Program-made: the position numbers and the translations under genes
The notes under the pieces: model-generated
Database searches by the model: none
What the model saw: the letters and a program-made list of their open reading frames with translations, nothing else
Told to the model about the DNA's origin: nothing
Shown here: piece after piece, positions 48,140 to 61,239 of the stretch
Layout of the letters: each line of letters starts with the position of its first letter
Numbering within the stretch: the first letter of the stretch is position 1
Origin: Squalus acanthias
Taxonomy: Eukaryota
Reading direction: 5' to 3'
DNA length: 64,000 bases
NCBI GenBank assembly: GCA_030390025.1
Contig: CM059431.1
Location: 139,750,001 to 139,814,000, forward strand

Positions 48140-48606
48140 AGAAAGAAAAGGAAAGATTTCTATTTATATAGCTCCTTTCACGACCACCGGACGCCCCAAA
48201 GCGCCTTACAGCCAATGAAGTGCTTTTTGAGGTGTAACCACTGTTCTAATGTAGGAAACACAGCAGCCAATTTGCGCACAGCAAGCTCCCACAAATAGTA
48301 ATGTAATAATTACCAGATAATTTCTGTTTAATGATGTTAATTGAGGGATAAATATTGGCTGGGACACCCGGGATTACTCCCTGCTCCTCTTCGAAATAGT
48401 GCAAAGGATCTTTTACGTCCACCTGAGAGGGCAGACGGAGACACAGTTTAGCGTCTAATTCGAAAGAGGGCTCCTCCGACAGTGCAGCACTCCCTCAGTC
48501 CTGCACTGGAGTGTCAGCCTAGATTATGGTAGATTATTGAGTCTCTGGAGTGGGACTTGAAGCCACAACTTTCTCACGAGGTTGCTACCAGCTGAGCCAC
48601 GGCTGA
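48140..48606 (-). mobile_element. tRNA-derived Deu-type SINE (SacSINE1-like), near full length
   Basis: Minus strand head gtggctcagctggtagca...ggcttcaagtccc (A/B boxes), central domain and (tttc) tail; imperfect TSD acccggggtaa/acccagggaaa; empty site acccggggaaa at 38933-38943. The family name is recalled, not searched. Confidence 0.8.
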
Positions 48607-48772
48607 CCCAGGGAAAGCAGCAGACACAAAACACACGGCACAAAAAGGAAGAAAGGTTTTCTGATACCTGTTCATTTTCACAGCAACAATCGGCTTTCGT
48701 CCTAACGGTAAGACGGCCATTCTAAAATGGAACACGGGCTGTAGTTTAACTCTCGTTAAAGGAAGCTGTTGT

Positions 48773-49680
48773 TTAATTTTTCATTTCTTTAACAAATATC
48801 AGAATCAATGTCCAAGGAGATTTCACCACCTTCTTCAGCTCTTCCCTGAATTTAGTTTGGGTAGCTGCATAAATACACGTGTTTGTACAGGAACTCAAAT
48901 ACATCAGCAGATACCCGGTTTCAGTGGCGATGTATGCAGGAGATGTATAATCACGTCGGTGATGCACGGCCAGGTTGTTAACTACAAAACTCACGGCAGA
49001 TGTCAGCCACAACAATACAAAACTGGCCGATACAGTGAACAGTAAAATGATGGATTTCCTTCGGTTCTCCATCTCTGGATCGCTCTGATTCTCACTGCTG
49101 TGACCCCGGAGTCCCCTGCGGGCTCTACTGGCGACTAAAATACGTCTGACTGTCAAACAATTAAACAGTAATATCAAAACAAAAGGAATATATGTAATTA
49201 AAATATTTTCTAACTGCGAGAAAGCTACACCTGCAGGCGATGTATAAAATGCCATACTTGGGACGAAATCCCAAGGAACATTGTTGATTATTTGTTTGTG
49301 TTCAAAGGCAAACCAAAATGGGATGTTCTCTAAATAAACCAGGACAGAGACCGTTGTTAAAACCGCGGCCGCAGTTCTCACTGTGCAATACTTTGTTTTA
49401 AACTTCTGACAACATATAGCTACAAATCGATCAAATGTGAAGGAGACGGTAAACCACACCGACATATCCAGGTTGGTACAAGACATGTACATCATGAACT
49501 TACAAACGGCAGTGTAGGACAGGAATGAATCTGGGAAGAGTTTACTAAAAATATGATATACGATTACATTGAGGATCATGACCAGTAGATCTGCTGTTGC
49601 CATGGCCACCATGTAGATCGAGATACATTTGGATAGGCCGCATTTTCCTCTGGAGAGAATCACCATTGTCAACAGGTTCG
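48773..49680 (-). CDS. GPR139-like class A GPCR, exon 2 (joined to exon 1 gives 325 aa)
   Basis: Acceptor ttcttacag|CG; seven hydrophobic segments with MATADLLV, FTFDRFVAICC, IPFVLILLFN, SSCTNTCIYAATQTKFRE; 70+908 nt = 326 codons, open. Confidence 0.92.
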
Positions 49681-50129
49681 CTGTAAGAAAGAGGGACAAG
49701 AGTAAGTAATGGGGACACTCAGATAAATCTGACAGCATATTGTGGGGAGATGAACCGTTGTTTTCCTACTTAGGGTTATGCCCACCTTACAATATAGTCG
49801 AGCATTGACAGTATACCTTTTCAAATGAAAATACTCGTTAAACACCCAATATCGAGGGAGTGAGAATGCGACAACATTCCAGCACACTTCAGTCAGACTG
49901 TGTCAAGCCGGTGGGTGGAGCTTGGTGCTGGGAGGATCGCTCGTATTCAGTATCGGCAATGGTATCGGATAGAGACCCCCAACACCACCGACAACCAGGC
50001 ATTGATGTCTCAACCGAGGGGAATTTTGACTTTGGGCGACAGTGTAAAACGGGCGACTCCGGATCAGCCGACCATGATACATCTCTTCCGAATGAATTTC
50101 CATCGCTATCGCCACTGACACTATATTCT

Positions 50130-50230
50130 TGCATAAAAACAGAACATTCTGGAAATACTCAGCAGGACAAGCATTATTTGTGGAGAGGAAAACAAAGTTT
50201 ACGTTTCATGTTGAAACCTTTCGTTAGAAA
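50130..50230 (-). mobile_element. Degenerate Penelope-like terminal fragment in the GPCR intron
   Basis: ctggaaatactcagcagg...gtggagag...acgtttc...cctttcgttaga, homologous to 9985-10070; absent from the paralog at ~40410-40425. Confidence 0.65.
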
Positions 50231-51183
50231 TCCATTGAGGGTCCATTCAGACTTTAACGGTGCGGTCCAGGCCAAGACACATTACCTCGCAGGGACGGTA
50301 CAGTTACAGATTAACGCTAGTTAAAGAGCAACCTTGGATGGTTCTATAACTTGTTCATTTTCACAGTCAATAAAGAAGCGGATTCCCTTACATACACCCA
50401 AACACACATTCCATTGCAGTGTGGAGCGCTGAAACCATCCCGCCATGAGGCTGGGACCATGTGATGCACCGAGCCAATTTGATGAGTTACTAGAGCGGCC
50501 CCAGGGAGCAATCGATGGAATTTTACATTTAATCTCATCGGTTTAATTGGCGAGGGGGATCTCGGGAGCGGCATCAGATGTCAGCTCTATTCAATATAAT
50601 TTACAAACTATTACTGGAAAGATATGAATTTAAATAATACATTCAGCTGAAGCACAAACATTCGATGTAGGTCGAATCTCTGCGCTGTTTCTATTTATAA
50701 TCGCCTCGAGGAATCTGCTCGGTAACAGAGCGGGAGCTGGTGGAGCCGCGAAGGATCTTTGCAGCCGAGGGGAGGGGAATAGCGCCCTGAGCGGCAATTA
50801 TTGCTCCAAATATCTTTCACCGTCCTCTGATGGGTGGAGGTGGCTGCAGTACAAGGAATTATCAACGTTAAGTAGACAGGAAACAAAGGGACAGATGAAA
50901 TGATTACCATGGACACTGAGCAACACATTCTTTCATGATCTATGTACTATTGGAGGGGCCGGGAAATCAACCTCGCCCTCCCTCAGTATAGGGAGCATGA
51001 TTGAGCTCTGGCCTACCGACCAGAACAGCGCCTCAGTGGCCGCGCGGACTGATACGATTCCCGCTGATATTCAGCAACTGATCCCGGTGGATCAATGACT
51101 CTGGAATGAGGACATTCTCGGAATTTGTTACATTGACACTGAGATAGTCAACAGCTATTAGGCAACAGGATGCATTGACTTAC

Positions 51184-51253
51184 CGGGAGCCCCAAAGGCT
51201 GCGAGAATAGGATAGTAAATGTTCTTTATCTTTACCATTGTTGGCAGTTCCAT
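51184..51253 (-). CDS. GPR139-like GPCR, exon 1 (MELPTMVKIKNIYYPILAAFGAP)
   Basis: aaaATGG Kozak context; IYYPIL...G.P motif; phase-1 donor G|GTAAGT compatible with exon 2. Confidence 0.9.
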
Positions 51254-51305
51254 TTTTGGAAGAATCTGCGAATTCTGTGCAGCTTTACGGCACCGACTGG
51301 AGTTT

Positions 51306-51337
51306 AACTGAGATCTGGAAATTCACCCATCTTTATA
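51306..51337 (-). promoter_or_regulatory. TATA box + initiator core promoter of the GPCR gene
   Basis: Minus strand TATAAA (51337-51332) and TCAGTT (51311-51306); TATA begins 28 nt before the Inr A (51309), which is 56 nt upstream of the ATG. Confidence 0.7.
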
Positions 51338-51749
51338 GAACAATCGCTGCCCAGGAGAGAAAATCAGGTTACCCTATAATTGGCGTTAGTTACAGTCACT
51401 TAACAAACAACAGGCGATTTTCCCCTTCGGGGCGCCTGGGCCGCCACTGGGGAAATTGAACAGCTCAGTCCATGAAACACCGTCAATTAAAATCAATGAA
51501 CGGAACGTAATCCCAGAGGGAATGTGCGCTGCGCATGTCCCATAAACCCTGAAGGGAACAGCCCTCCCGGACACTGCGTTAGGATCTTGGCGCCTCATAT
51601 ATAATTCGATGAAACCTACACACATACATTGCATAATTTAAATTTGTTATGTATTGAAATGATAACCACTAAGGACTCGGATCTAACCTTACCGGCGAAG
51701 ATCCTACACTAACATTAAGAGTAATGAATATATTCTAACATGCATGTTG

Positions 51750-54700
51750 GTGAATCAAATCTAACTTTACTGATGGTGACTCACTCTAACATTACTGGTA
51801 GTGACTCACTCTAACATTATTGGTAGTGAACCTACTCTAACCTAACATTAATAAAGTGGTGACTGTACACTAACATTAATGGTTTTGAATCTATTCACCC
51901 ATTAGTGGTGGATACCGACTCTAACATTACTGCTGGTGACCGTACTCTAACATTACTGGTTGTGATATTGCTCCGACATTACTGGTAATGACCCAACTCT
52001 AACATTATTCGTGTTGCTACTAATATAACTTTACTGTTGTTGACTCTACACTAACAGTACTGGTGTTTACTCTACTCTAACATTACTGCTTGTGTCTAAA
52101 ATTACTGGTGGTGTTCCTGCTCTGACATTACTGCTGGTGACTCTACTCTAGCATTACTGCTGAGGATCCTACTCTAACATTACTGGTGGGGACGCTAATT
52201 TAACATTATTGGTGATGAATCAACCGTAACGTTACTGGTTGTGAACATGCCCTAACATTACTCATTGTGACACTTTTCTAAAATTACTGGTGCTGATTCT
52301 ACTCTAACATTACTGGTGGTGACCCTACTCGAACATTACTGGAGGCAAACCTAATCTAACATTACTGATGGTGACCCTACACTAACATTATTGTTGGTGA
52401 CTCTACTCTAACATAACTGGTGGTGACTGTACTCTAACATTGCTGGTGGTAACCCTACTCTAACATTACTGGTGGTGACCCTACTCTAACATTACTGTTG
52501 GTGATTTTAATCTAACATAACTGGTGGTGACTGTATTCTAACATTACAGATGGTGACCCTATTCTAACATTACTGGTGATGACCCTAATCTAACATTACT
52601 GGTGTAGACACTATGCTAAACTTAATGGTGGCGACTATACACTAACATTACTGTTGATGAGCCTACTCTAAAATTGCTGGAGGTGACACTATTCTATCAT
52701 TACTGGTCGTGAACCTACTCGGACATTACTGGGGATGACCCTACTCTAACATTATTCGTTGTGTACCAAATATAACATTACAGCTAATGACTCTACTCTA
52801 ACATTACTGCTAGTGACTCAACTCTAACATTTCTGGTGTTGTCTCTTCTCTAATATTACCGGTGGTGATCCTGCTCTGACATTACTGCTGGTGACACTAT
52901 TCTAAAATTACTGGTGTTGTGTCTTCTCTATTATTACTGGTGGTTTTCCTGCTCTGTCATGACAGCTGATGACACTATTCTAACATTACTGCTGGTGATC
53001 CTTCTCTAACGTTGCTGGTGGTGACCCTACTCTAACATAACTGTTGGTCACTCTACTCTAACATTACTGGTGGTGACCATATCATCACTGGTGGGGACCC
53101 TACTCGAACACTACTGGTGTTGACCCTACCCTAATATTATTAGTGATGCACCTAATATAACATTACTGGTGGCCACACTACTACAACATCACTGGTGGTG
53201 ACACCACTATAACATCACTGATGGTGACTCTACCATCAATGATGGTGACTCTACACTCACGTTACTGGTGGTCGATCTACACTACCATTATTGGTGATGA
53301 AACTACTCTAACATTACTGGTGGTGACCCTACTCTGACATTACTGGTGTTGACCAAATTCTAGCATTACTGGTAGTGAACCTACTCTAACATTACTGGTG
53401 GTGACTCTGGTCTATCATTACTGGTGCTGAACCTACTCTAACATTACTGATGGTGATTCTACTCTAACATTACTGGTGGTGATTCTACTCTAACATTGCT
53501 GGTGGTGAATCTACTCTAACCTTACTGGTGGTAACCTTACTCTACCATTACTGGTTGCGAACGTAATCTAACCTTACTGGTGTTGAGTCTACTGTAACAT
53601 ACTTGGTGGTGACGCTTCTCTAACATTACTGGTGCTGACTCTACTCTATGGTGATGACACCACTCTAACATGATTACAGTGGTGACTGTACACTAACATT
53701 ACTGGTGTTGATCCTATTGTGAAATTACTAGTGGCGACTCCACTCCAACATTACTGTTGATGAAACTACACTAAAATTGATGGTGGTGACACTACTATAA
53801 CATTACTAGTGTTGCCTCTTCTCTAATATTACTGGTGGCGATGCTGCTCTGACATTACTGCTCAGAACACTACTCTAACATTGCTGCTGGTGAACCTACT
53901 CTAACATTGCTGGTTGGGACGCTACTCTAACGTTACTACTGCTGACTCTACTCTAACCTTAGTGACTGTAGTCCTACGCTAACATTATGGTGGTCACCCT
54001 ACTCTAACATTACCAGTGGTGACCCAACTCTAACCTTACTGGTGGTGACTCTACCTTCACATTATTGGTAGTGACTCTCCTATAACATAACCTGTGGGGA
54101 CTCCACTCTAACATTACTGTTGTTGACTCTGCTCTAAAATTACAGGTGGGGACCCTACTCTAACATAACTGGTGGTGACTGTATTCTAACATTAGTGATG
54201 GTGACCCGATTCTAACAATACTGGTGATGACCCTAATCTAACATTACTGGTGTAGACACTATGCTAAACGTAATGATGGCGACTATACACGAACATTACT
54301 GTTGATGAGCCTACTCTAAAATTGCTGGAGGTGACACTAATCTATCATTACTGGTCGTGATCCTTCTTGGACATTACTGGGGATGACCCTACTCTAACAT
54401 TATTCGTGGTGTACCAAATATAACATTACAGCTAATGACTCTACTCTAACATTACTGCTAGTGATACAACTCTAACATTTCTGGTGTTGTCTCTTCTCTA
54501 ATATTACTGGTGGTGATCCTGCTCTGTCATTACTGCTGGTGACACTATACTAACATTACTGCTGGTGATCCTACTCTAACATTGCTGGTGGTGACCCTAC
54601 CCTAACATAACTGTTGGTCACTCTACTCTAACATTACTGGTGGTGACCATATCATCATTGGTGGTGACCCTACTCGAACACTACTGGTGATGAGCCTACA

Positions 54701-56900
54701 CTAATATTATTAGTGATGCACCTAATATAACATTGCTGGTGGCCACACTACTACAACATCACTGGTGGTTACTCCATTCTAATATCACTGATGGTGACTC
54801 TACACTAACGTTACTGGTGGTCGACCTACACTACCATTATTGGTGATGACACTACTCTAACATTACTGGTGGTGACCCTACTCTGACATTACTGGTGTTG
54901 ACCAAATTCTAGCATTACTGGTGGTGAACCTACTCTAACATTACTGGTGTTGACTCTGGTCTAACATTACTGGTGCTGAAGCTACTCTAACATTACTGGT
55001 GGTAACCTTACACTACCATTACTGGTTGCGAACGTAATCTAACCTTACTGGTGGTGACTCTACTGTAACATACCTGGTCGTGACGCTTCTCTAACATTAC
55101 TGGTGGTGACTCTACTCTATGGTGATGACACCACTCTAACATGAATAAAGTGGTGACTGTACACTGACATTAGTGGTGTTGATCCAATTCTGAAATTACT
55201 AGTGGCGAAACCACTCCAACATTACTGTTGATGAAACTACACTAAAATTGATGGTGGTGAGTCTACAATAATATTACTGGTGGCGATCCTGCTCTGACAT
55301 TGCTGCTCAGAACACTACTCTAACATTGCTGCTAGTGATCCTACTCTAACATTGATGGTGGGGCCGCTACTCTAACGTTACTGCTGGTGACTCTACTCTG
55401 ACCTTACTGTATGTAGTCCTACGCTAACATTATGCTGGTCACCCTACTTAACATTACCAGTGGTGACCCAACTGTAACCTTACTGGTGGTGACTCTACCC
55501 TCACATTATTGGTGGTGACTCTCCTCTAACATAACTTGTGCGGACTCTACTCTAACACTACTGGTGGTGATCCTACTCTAACATTAATAGTGGTGATCCT
55601 ACTCTAACATTACTGCTGGTGACTCTACTCGAACATTACTGGTGGTGATCCTACTCTAACATTACTGGTGGTGATCCTACTCTAACATTACTGGTGCTGA
55701 CTCTACTCTAACATTACTGGTGATGATCCTACTCTAACATTGCTGTTGGTGATCCTACTCTAACATTACTGGTGGTGATCCTACTCTAATATTAATGATG
55801 GTGATCCTACTCGAGCATTACAGTTGGTGGTGACTCTAATCTAACATTACTGGTGTTGTCTCTGTACTATCAGTTATGGTGGTGACTCTATTGTAACATT
55901 ACTGGTGGTGACCCCGCTCTTACATTAGTGGTGCTGCATCTACTCTAATTTTACTGTTATTGACCCTACTGAATCATTAATTGTACCTGTGCTACTGTAA
56001 TTTTGTTCTTGATGATGCTACTCTAAATTACTGGTGTTGACCCTTCCCCAACGTTACTCGTGGTGACTCTACACTAACATTACATGTTGGTGACCCTACT
56101 CTATCATTATTGGTGCTGACTCTACTCTAACATAACTGGTGTGGACCCTACTCTAACATTAATAAACTTGTGACTGTACACTAACATTAATGGTTTTGAA
56201 TCTATTCTAACATTACTGGTGGTGACCCTACTCTAACATTAGTGGTGGTGACCCGACTCTAACGTTAGTGGTGTTGCCTCTATTCTAACGTTACTACTGG
56301 CAACTCTACTCTAACATTACTGCTGATGACCCTACAGTAAAATTGCTGATGTTGTCCCAACATTACTGGTGATGATCCTACTCTGACATTACTGGTGATG
56401 AACCTACTCTAACATTACTGGTGGTGAATTTACTCTAACATTACTGGTGGTGACTCTACTCTAACATTACTGGTGGTGAACCTACTCTAACATTACTGGT
56501 GGTGATCCTACTCTAACATTACTGGTGTTGACTCTATTCTAACAATACTGGTGGTGACTCTACTCTAACATTGCTGGTGGTGACCCCGCTCTTACATTAG
56601 TGATCGTGAATCTACTCTAATTTTGCTGCTATTGACCCTACTGAAGCGCTAATGGTACCAGCGCTACATTAACGTTACTCTTGATGATCCTACTCTAACA
56701 TTACTGGTGCTGACCCTTCGCTAACATTACTGGTGGTGAACATACTATAATATTACTCTTGGTAAGCCTACTCTAACATTATTGGTGCTGCACCTTATCT
56801 AATATACTTGTGTCAACCCTAATTTAGCCTTACTGGTGACGCTCCTCTCTAGCATTAATGGTGCTGTCCATACACTAAAATTCTGGTATAGATCCGATTC
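51750..56900. repeat. Satellite, 26 bp unit (ctactctaacattactggtggtgacc), ~5.1 kb, diverged
   Basis: Continuous degenerate array. Confidence 0.98.
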
Positions 56901-56914
56901 CAACATTCCTTTGT

Positions 56915-59200
56915 GAAAAGTGCTGACTCCCAGGGTTCTGTACTGGGGCCTGACATTTTCACCATATTTATTAATGACTTCGATTAAACAATAGACCGCC
57001 ATGTATCCAAGTTTGGAAATGACACTAAGTTAGGTTGAAGCGTAAGTAGTGCCAATAAGATCGAGAAGTTGCAAAGAGACATGGAAAGATTAAATGAGTT
57101 AGCAAAACTATATCAAATGATGTTAAGTGTCGGCAAGTGTGAATCATCCACAATAAACCAAGAAAGATAACTCGGAGTATATTCTAAAGGCTTTTAAGCT
57201 AGAAACTGTAGTGGAGCATGAGATTCAGAATTTCAAGTTCTTAAATCATTGAAAACAAGTACATCAGATCAAAAGAAATAGGAGCAGGAGTAGGCCATTT
57301 GGCCCTTCAAGCATGCTCCGCCATTCAATAAGATCATGGCTGATTTTGTACCTCATCTCCACTTATATGAACTCTCCCTATATCCCTTGATTCCCCTAAT
57401 ATTCAAAAATCTATCGATCACTGTCTTGAATATACTCAACGACTGAGCCTCCACAGCCCTCTTGGGTAGAGAATTCCAGAGATTCATATCCTCTGAGTGA
57501 AGAAATTTATCCACATCTCAGTCCTAAATGGCCGATCCCTTATTCTGAGACGGTGACCCATGGTTCTAGACTCCCCAGCGAGGGGAAACATCTTCCCTGC
57601 ATCTACACTGTCAAGTCCTGTAAGAATGTTGTATATTTCAATAAGCTCAGCCTTCATTCTTCTAAACTCTAGAGAATATAGGTCTAGTGTACTCAATCTG
57701 TCTTCATAGGACAATCCCCTCAATCCAGGAATCAGTCTGGTGAACCTTCCTTGCACTCCCTCTATGGTAAATATATCTTTACTCAGGTAAGGAGGCCAAA
57801 ACCGTGCACAATACTCCAGGTTTGGTCTCACCAAGGCCAAATATATTTGTAGTAAGTCGTCTTTACTCTTATACTCAAATCCTCTTTTAATACCATTTGC
57901 TTTCCTAATTGCTTGCTGAACCTGCATGTTAACTTTAAGTGATGCGTCTACAAGGACACCCAGCTCCCTCTGAACACTAACATTTCCCAATCTCTCACAA
58001 TTTAAAAAATACTCTGCTTTTCTATTTTGCCTACCAAAGTGGATAACATCACATTTTTCCACATTATATTCGATTTGCCATGACCTTGCCCATTCACCTC
58101 CACTGTCTATATCTACTTGAACCCTCTTTGCATCCTCCTCACAACTTACATTCCCACCCAACTTTGTATCATCAGCAAACTTGGATATGTTACATTTGGT
58201 CCCCTCATCCACATCATTGAAGTAGATTGTGAATAGCTGAGGCCCAAGCATTGATGCTTGCGCTACCCCACTAGTTACAGCCCGCCAACACGAAAATGAT
58301 CCGTTTATTCTTACTCTCTGCTTTCTGTCCGTTAACCAATCCTCAATCCATGCTAGTATATTGCCCCCCAGTCCCAAGAGCCCTAATTTTGTTGAATAAC
58401 CTCTTGTGTGGCACGTTATCGAATGCCTTCTGAAAATTCACATAAACCACATCCACTGGTTCCCAAATATCTATTCTGTTAGTTACAAACTGAAAAAATT
58501 CTAACAGGTTTGTCAAACACGATTTCCCTTTCAAAAATCCTAGTTGACTCTGCCCAATCCTATTGTTATTTTCTAAGTGCCCTGTTACCTCGCCCTTAAT
58601 AGTAGATTCTAGCATTTTCCCTACGACTGATGTCAGGCTCACTGCTCTGTAGTTCCCCGTTTTCTCTCTCCCTCCTTACTAGGCATATACAAAAGACAAT
58701 GGAAACAGCAAATTTAATATTGGCCTATTTCTTCAGGGGGCAGGAATGCGACGGAGGTGATGCTTCAGTTGTTCGGAACCTCGATCATTCCCAGTACTTC
58801 ATTCAGATTTGGGCAGCCCTTCCCAGGAACGATATATTGGTGTTGCAGATGGTCCCGCACAGTTTCAACAGAGTGACACCGGAGCTTAGCGGGTTACATT
58901 ATGAGGACACCTCGCGGATACCAGGTTCTTATTCCATTGAGTATCGAAGATTGATTGGTAATCTGATCACGGTGTTCAAATCTAAAAGGGATTTGATACG
59001 GCAGATCTCCGGAGAAACTATTTCATCTGACGGCCGAATCAAAAGCAGCGGGAAATAATCTTAAAATGAGATCTAGGGCATTCTGTAGCGATGTCGTGCA
59101 GCACTTGTTCACACAAAGGGTAGCTAGGAATCTGGAACTCAGTCCTCAAAAAGACCGTGGAAGCTGGGACACTTGGAGCTTTCAAGACTGAGAAAGAACC
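56915..59200 (+). mobile_element. Old CR1 RT/3' fragment split by a younger antisense CR1
   Basis: cagggttctgtactggggcc...tttattaatgac (QGSVLGP...FIND) at 56931; resumes at ~58680 with degenerate C-terminal motifs. Confidence 0.75.
57270..58678 (-). mobile_element. CR1 LINE RT and 3' end
   Basis: ORFs 58343-58642 and 57484-58377 (SLTSVVGKMLE, KSCLTNLLEFF, SKFADDTKLGG, RPNLEYCARFW); tail at 57270-57340. Confidence 0.93.
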
Positions 59201-59319
59201 AGGCTGCCTTGCAAAGTTTGGAAATATATTAATCTGTTTTGTTGAGACGGCAGGAAATATCATCGTGAATTGCTCGTGCATTGTGCGGCTGCATGAAACT
59301 GGGAATTGAAAAAAAGCAT

Positions 59320-59391
59320 TGCCCGAACAGGGACTTGAAACCTGGACATCTGACTAAAAGTCTAATGTTCTACCGACTGAGCTGCCGAGGA
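59320..59391 (-). tRNA. tRNA-Lys(TTT) pseudogene
   Basis: Minus strand tcctcggcagctcagtcggtagaacattagacTTTtagtcagatgtccaggtttcaagtccctgttcgggca resembles vertebrate tRNA-Lys(UUU), with mismatched acceptor, anticodon and T stems; T7 run 5 nt downstream (59309-59315). Confidence 0.85.
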
Positions 59392-59609
59392 TTTGCTTTG
59401 CGGGGTTCACACAGTGAACTTCCCTGGCTGATATGGATCATACACCCTGCACATTTTGCAAATTCCTTCTGTCATAACGCCGCCTATCCGCAGCATTTCA
59501 CTCACACACTGCCTCCCACAGTATTCGCATCACAAATACTCTCCCTCCCTCCTCCCACACTCTCTTTAACAGCTGTATCTGATCTGACAAATGCTGTTTC
59601 CCAATGATC

Positions 59610-60420
59610 CGTAGTGGGGCCTCAAATTCTGGCCATTTTATTAATGACTTGGATGAAGCAATAATGAGTTGCGTGTCCAAATTTGAAGAAGACACTTAGT
59701 TATGAGGGAACGTTAGTAGTTGTAATGAGAGTGGGAAGTTACTGAGGGAATCAGACAGATTAAGTTAGTTGGTAAAACTATATTAACAGGAGTTTGTTGT
59801 CGGGAAATGTGAGGTCATCCACTCTGAAACCAAGAATTATATATCGGAGAATGTTCTAAAAGGTGGAAAGCCAGAAACTTTAGGGGAGCAGAGTGTTTTG
59901 GAAGTCCAGTCCATGCCGGCGTTTATGCTCCACTCGAGTCTCCTCCCGTCTTTCCTCATCTAAATCGATCAGCATAAACCTCTATTCACTTCTCCCTCAT
60001 ATGCTTGTCTAGACTCCCATTAAATGCATTCACAGAATCACAGAATCACAGAATCCCCACAGTGCAGATAGAGGCCATTTCGGCCCATCGAGCCTGCACC
60101 GACACATATCCCACCCTATCCCCGTAACCCCACATATTTAATCCCCCTAACACTAAGGGTCAATTTATCATAGCCAAATCAAAAAGAGTGGAAATTATGT
60201 TAAAATTAGATCGAGGCAATTATGGAGCAAAGACATGAAGCAATTTTTCACACAAAGCGTAGTTAGAAATCTGGAACTCAGTCTTCAAAAAGATTGGAAG
60301 CTGGGACAATTGAATCTCGCAAGACTGAGAAAGGTCAGGCTTTCTTGCAAAATTTCGAAATATATTTAACTGTTTGTTGAGACAGCAGGAAATATCGTTG
60401 TGAATTGCTTGTGCTTCGTG
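59610..60420 (+). mobile_element. Degraded CR1 fragments, partly duplicating 56930-57240 and 59060-59290, with small antisense CR1 tails
   Basis: Shared strings such as tttattaatgactt...tccaa.tttg and ggaactcagtc.tcaaaaaga...ggaagctgggaca...caagactgagaaag...gagac.gcaggaaatat. Confidence 0.7.
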
Positions 60421-60959
60421 GGTCCAAATTCACTTTTCTCAAGAGCGCTCGGGCCCATTGGGAAGGAAGTTATGCTTCCGATGTATCGAACGTTGATTAG
60501 TCCCATCGGGAGTACTGCGTTCAGTTTTGGCCATCAGAATAAGTGACTGGGCAAAACTAGGGCACTTGGAGTTCAATGTGAGCTACTGTGAAGTCATCCA
60601 CTTTGCAATCAAGAATGCTCCAGCATCAGAAGCTCTGTCACAGAACAAGTCTAAAAGGGGTGACCTCAGGGACATCAGAGGGCAAATATCCGCAAGGCTT
60701 CATCGATCGTCCGCGATGGCTTGGCGGATGATACACGGAAATCTTGTGGGTAAATGACATTTACAGCAGACAACCAGGAAAACCTCCAGAGAATCTACAT
60801 TGAATTTTTCGTATTATGATCTGAGGGCAGTGGCAAAACTTCAATCAAGTCAGCACAACATGGTGGCGATGCTAGTGGATAGTGGCGAACTTACACACCT
60901 CACTGATTTTTTTAATATCGACATCATCCTAATTAATATCACCAATATTAATTGTTAAC

Positions 60960-61175
60960 AGAAAGAAATATTTGCATTTATATAGCGCCTGTCACGCCCA
61001 CCGGATGAACCAAAGCACTTTACAGCCAATGAAGTACTTTTTGAAGTGAAGTCACTGTTGTAATGTGGGATACGTGGCAGCCAATTTGCGTCCAACAAGC
61101 TCCCAAAAAGAGCAACGTGATAATGACCAGATAATTTGTTTTTAGTGATGTTGACTGAGGGACAAATATTGGCCA
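60960..61175 (-). mobile_element. Deu-type SINE 3' half
   Basis: Homologous to 48140-48360 (tttatatagc...tacagccaatgaagt...agccaatttgcg...aagctccc). Confidence 0.82.
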
Positions 61176-61239
61176 TGAGAAAATATTGATTGTTCGTCAT
61201 GTAAATCGGAGATCTCACTCTGTGAAGGTGATCAGGGTA

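Noticed and set aside
48540..48606. tRNA gene
   Set aside because: It is the tRNA-derived head of a SINE, followed by SINE body, tail and TSD
48773..49738. ORF-track start at 49738 (MLSDLSECPH...) and the symbol GPR139
   Set aside because: The N-terminal extension is intron polypyrimidine tract and the real start is exon 1 at 51253; orthology to GPR139 cannot be shown without a phylogeny
51750..56900. 26-bp array as CRISPR or mucin-like coding repeat
   Set aside because: No spacers, unit length is not a multiple of 3, and stops occur in all frames
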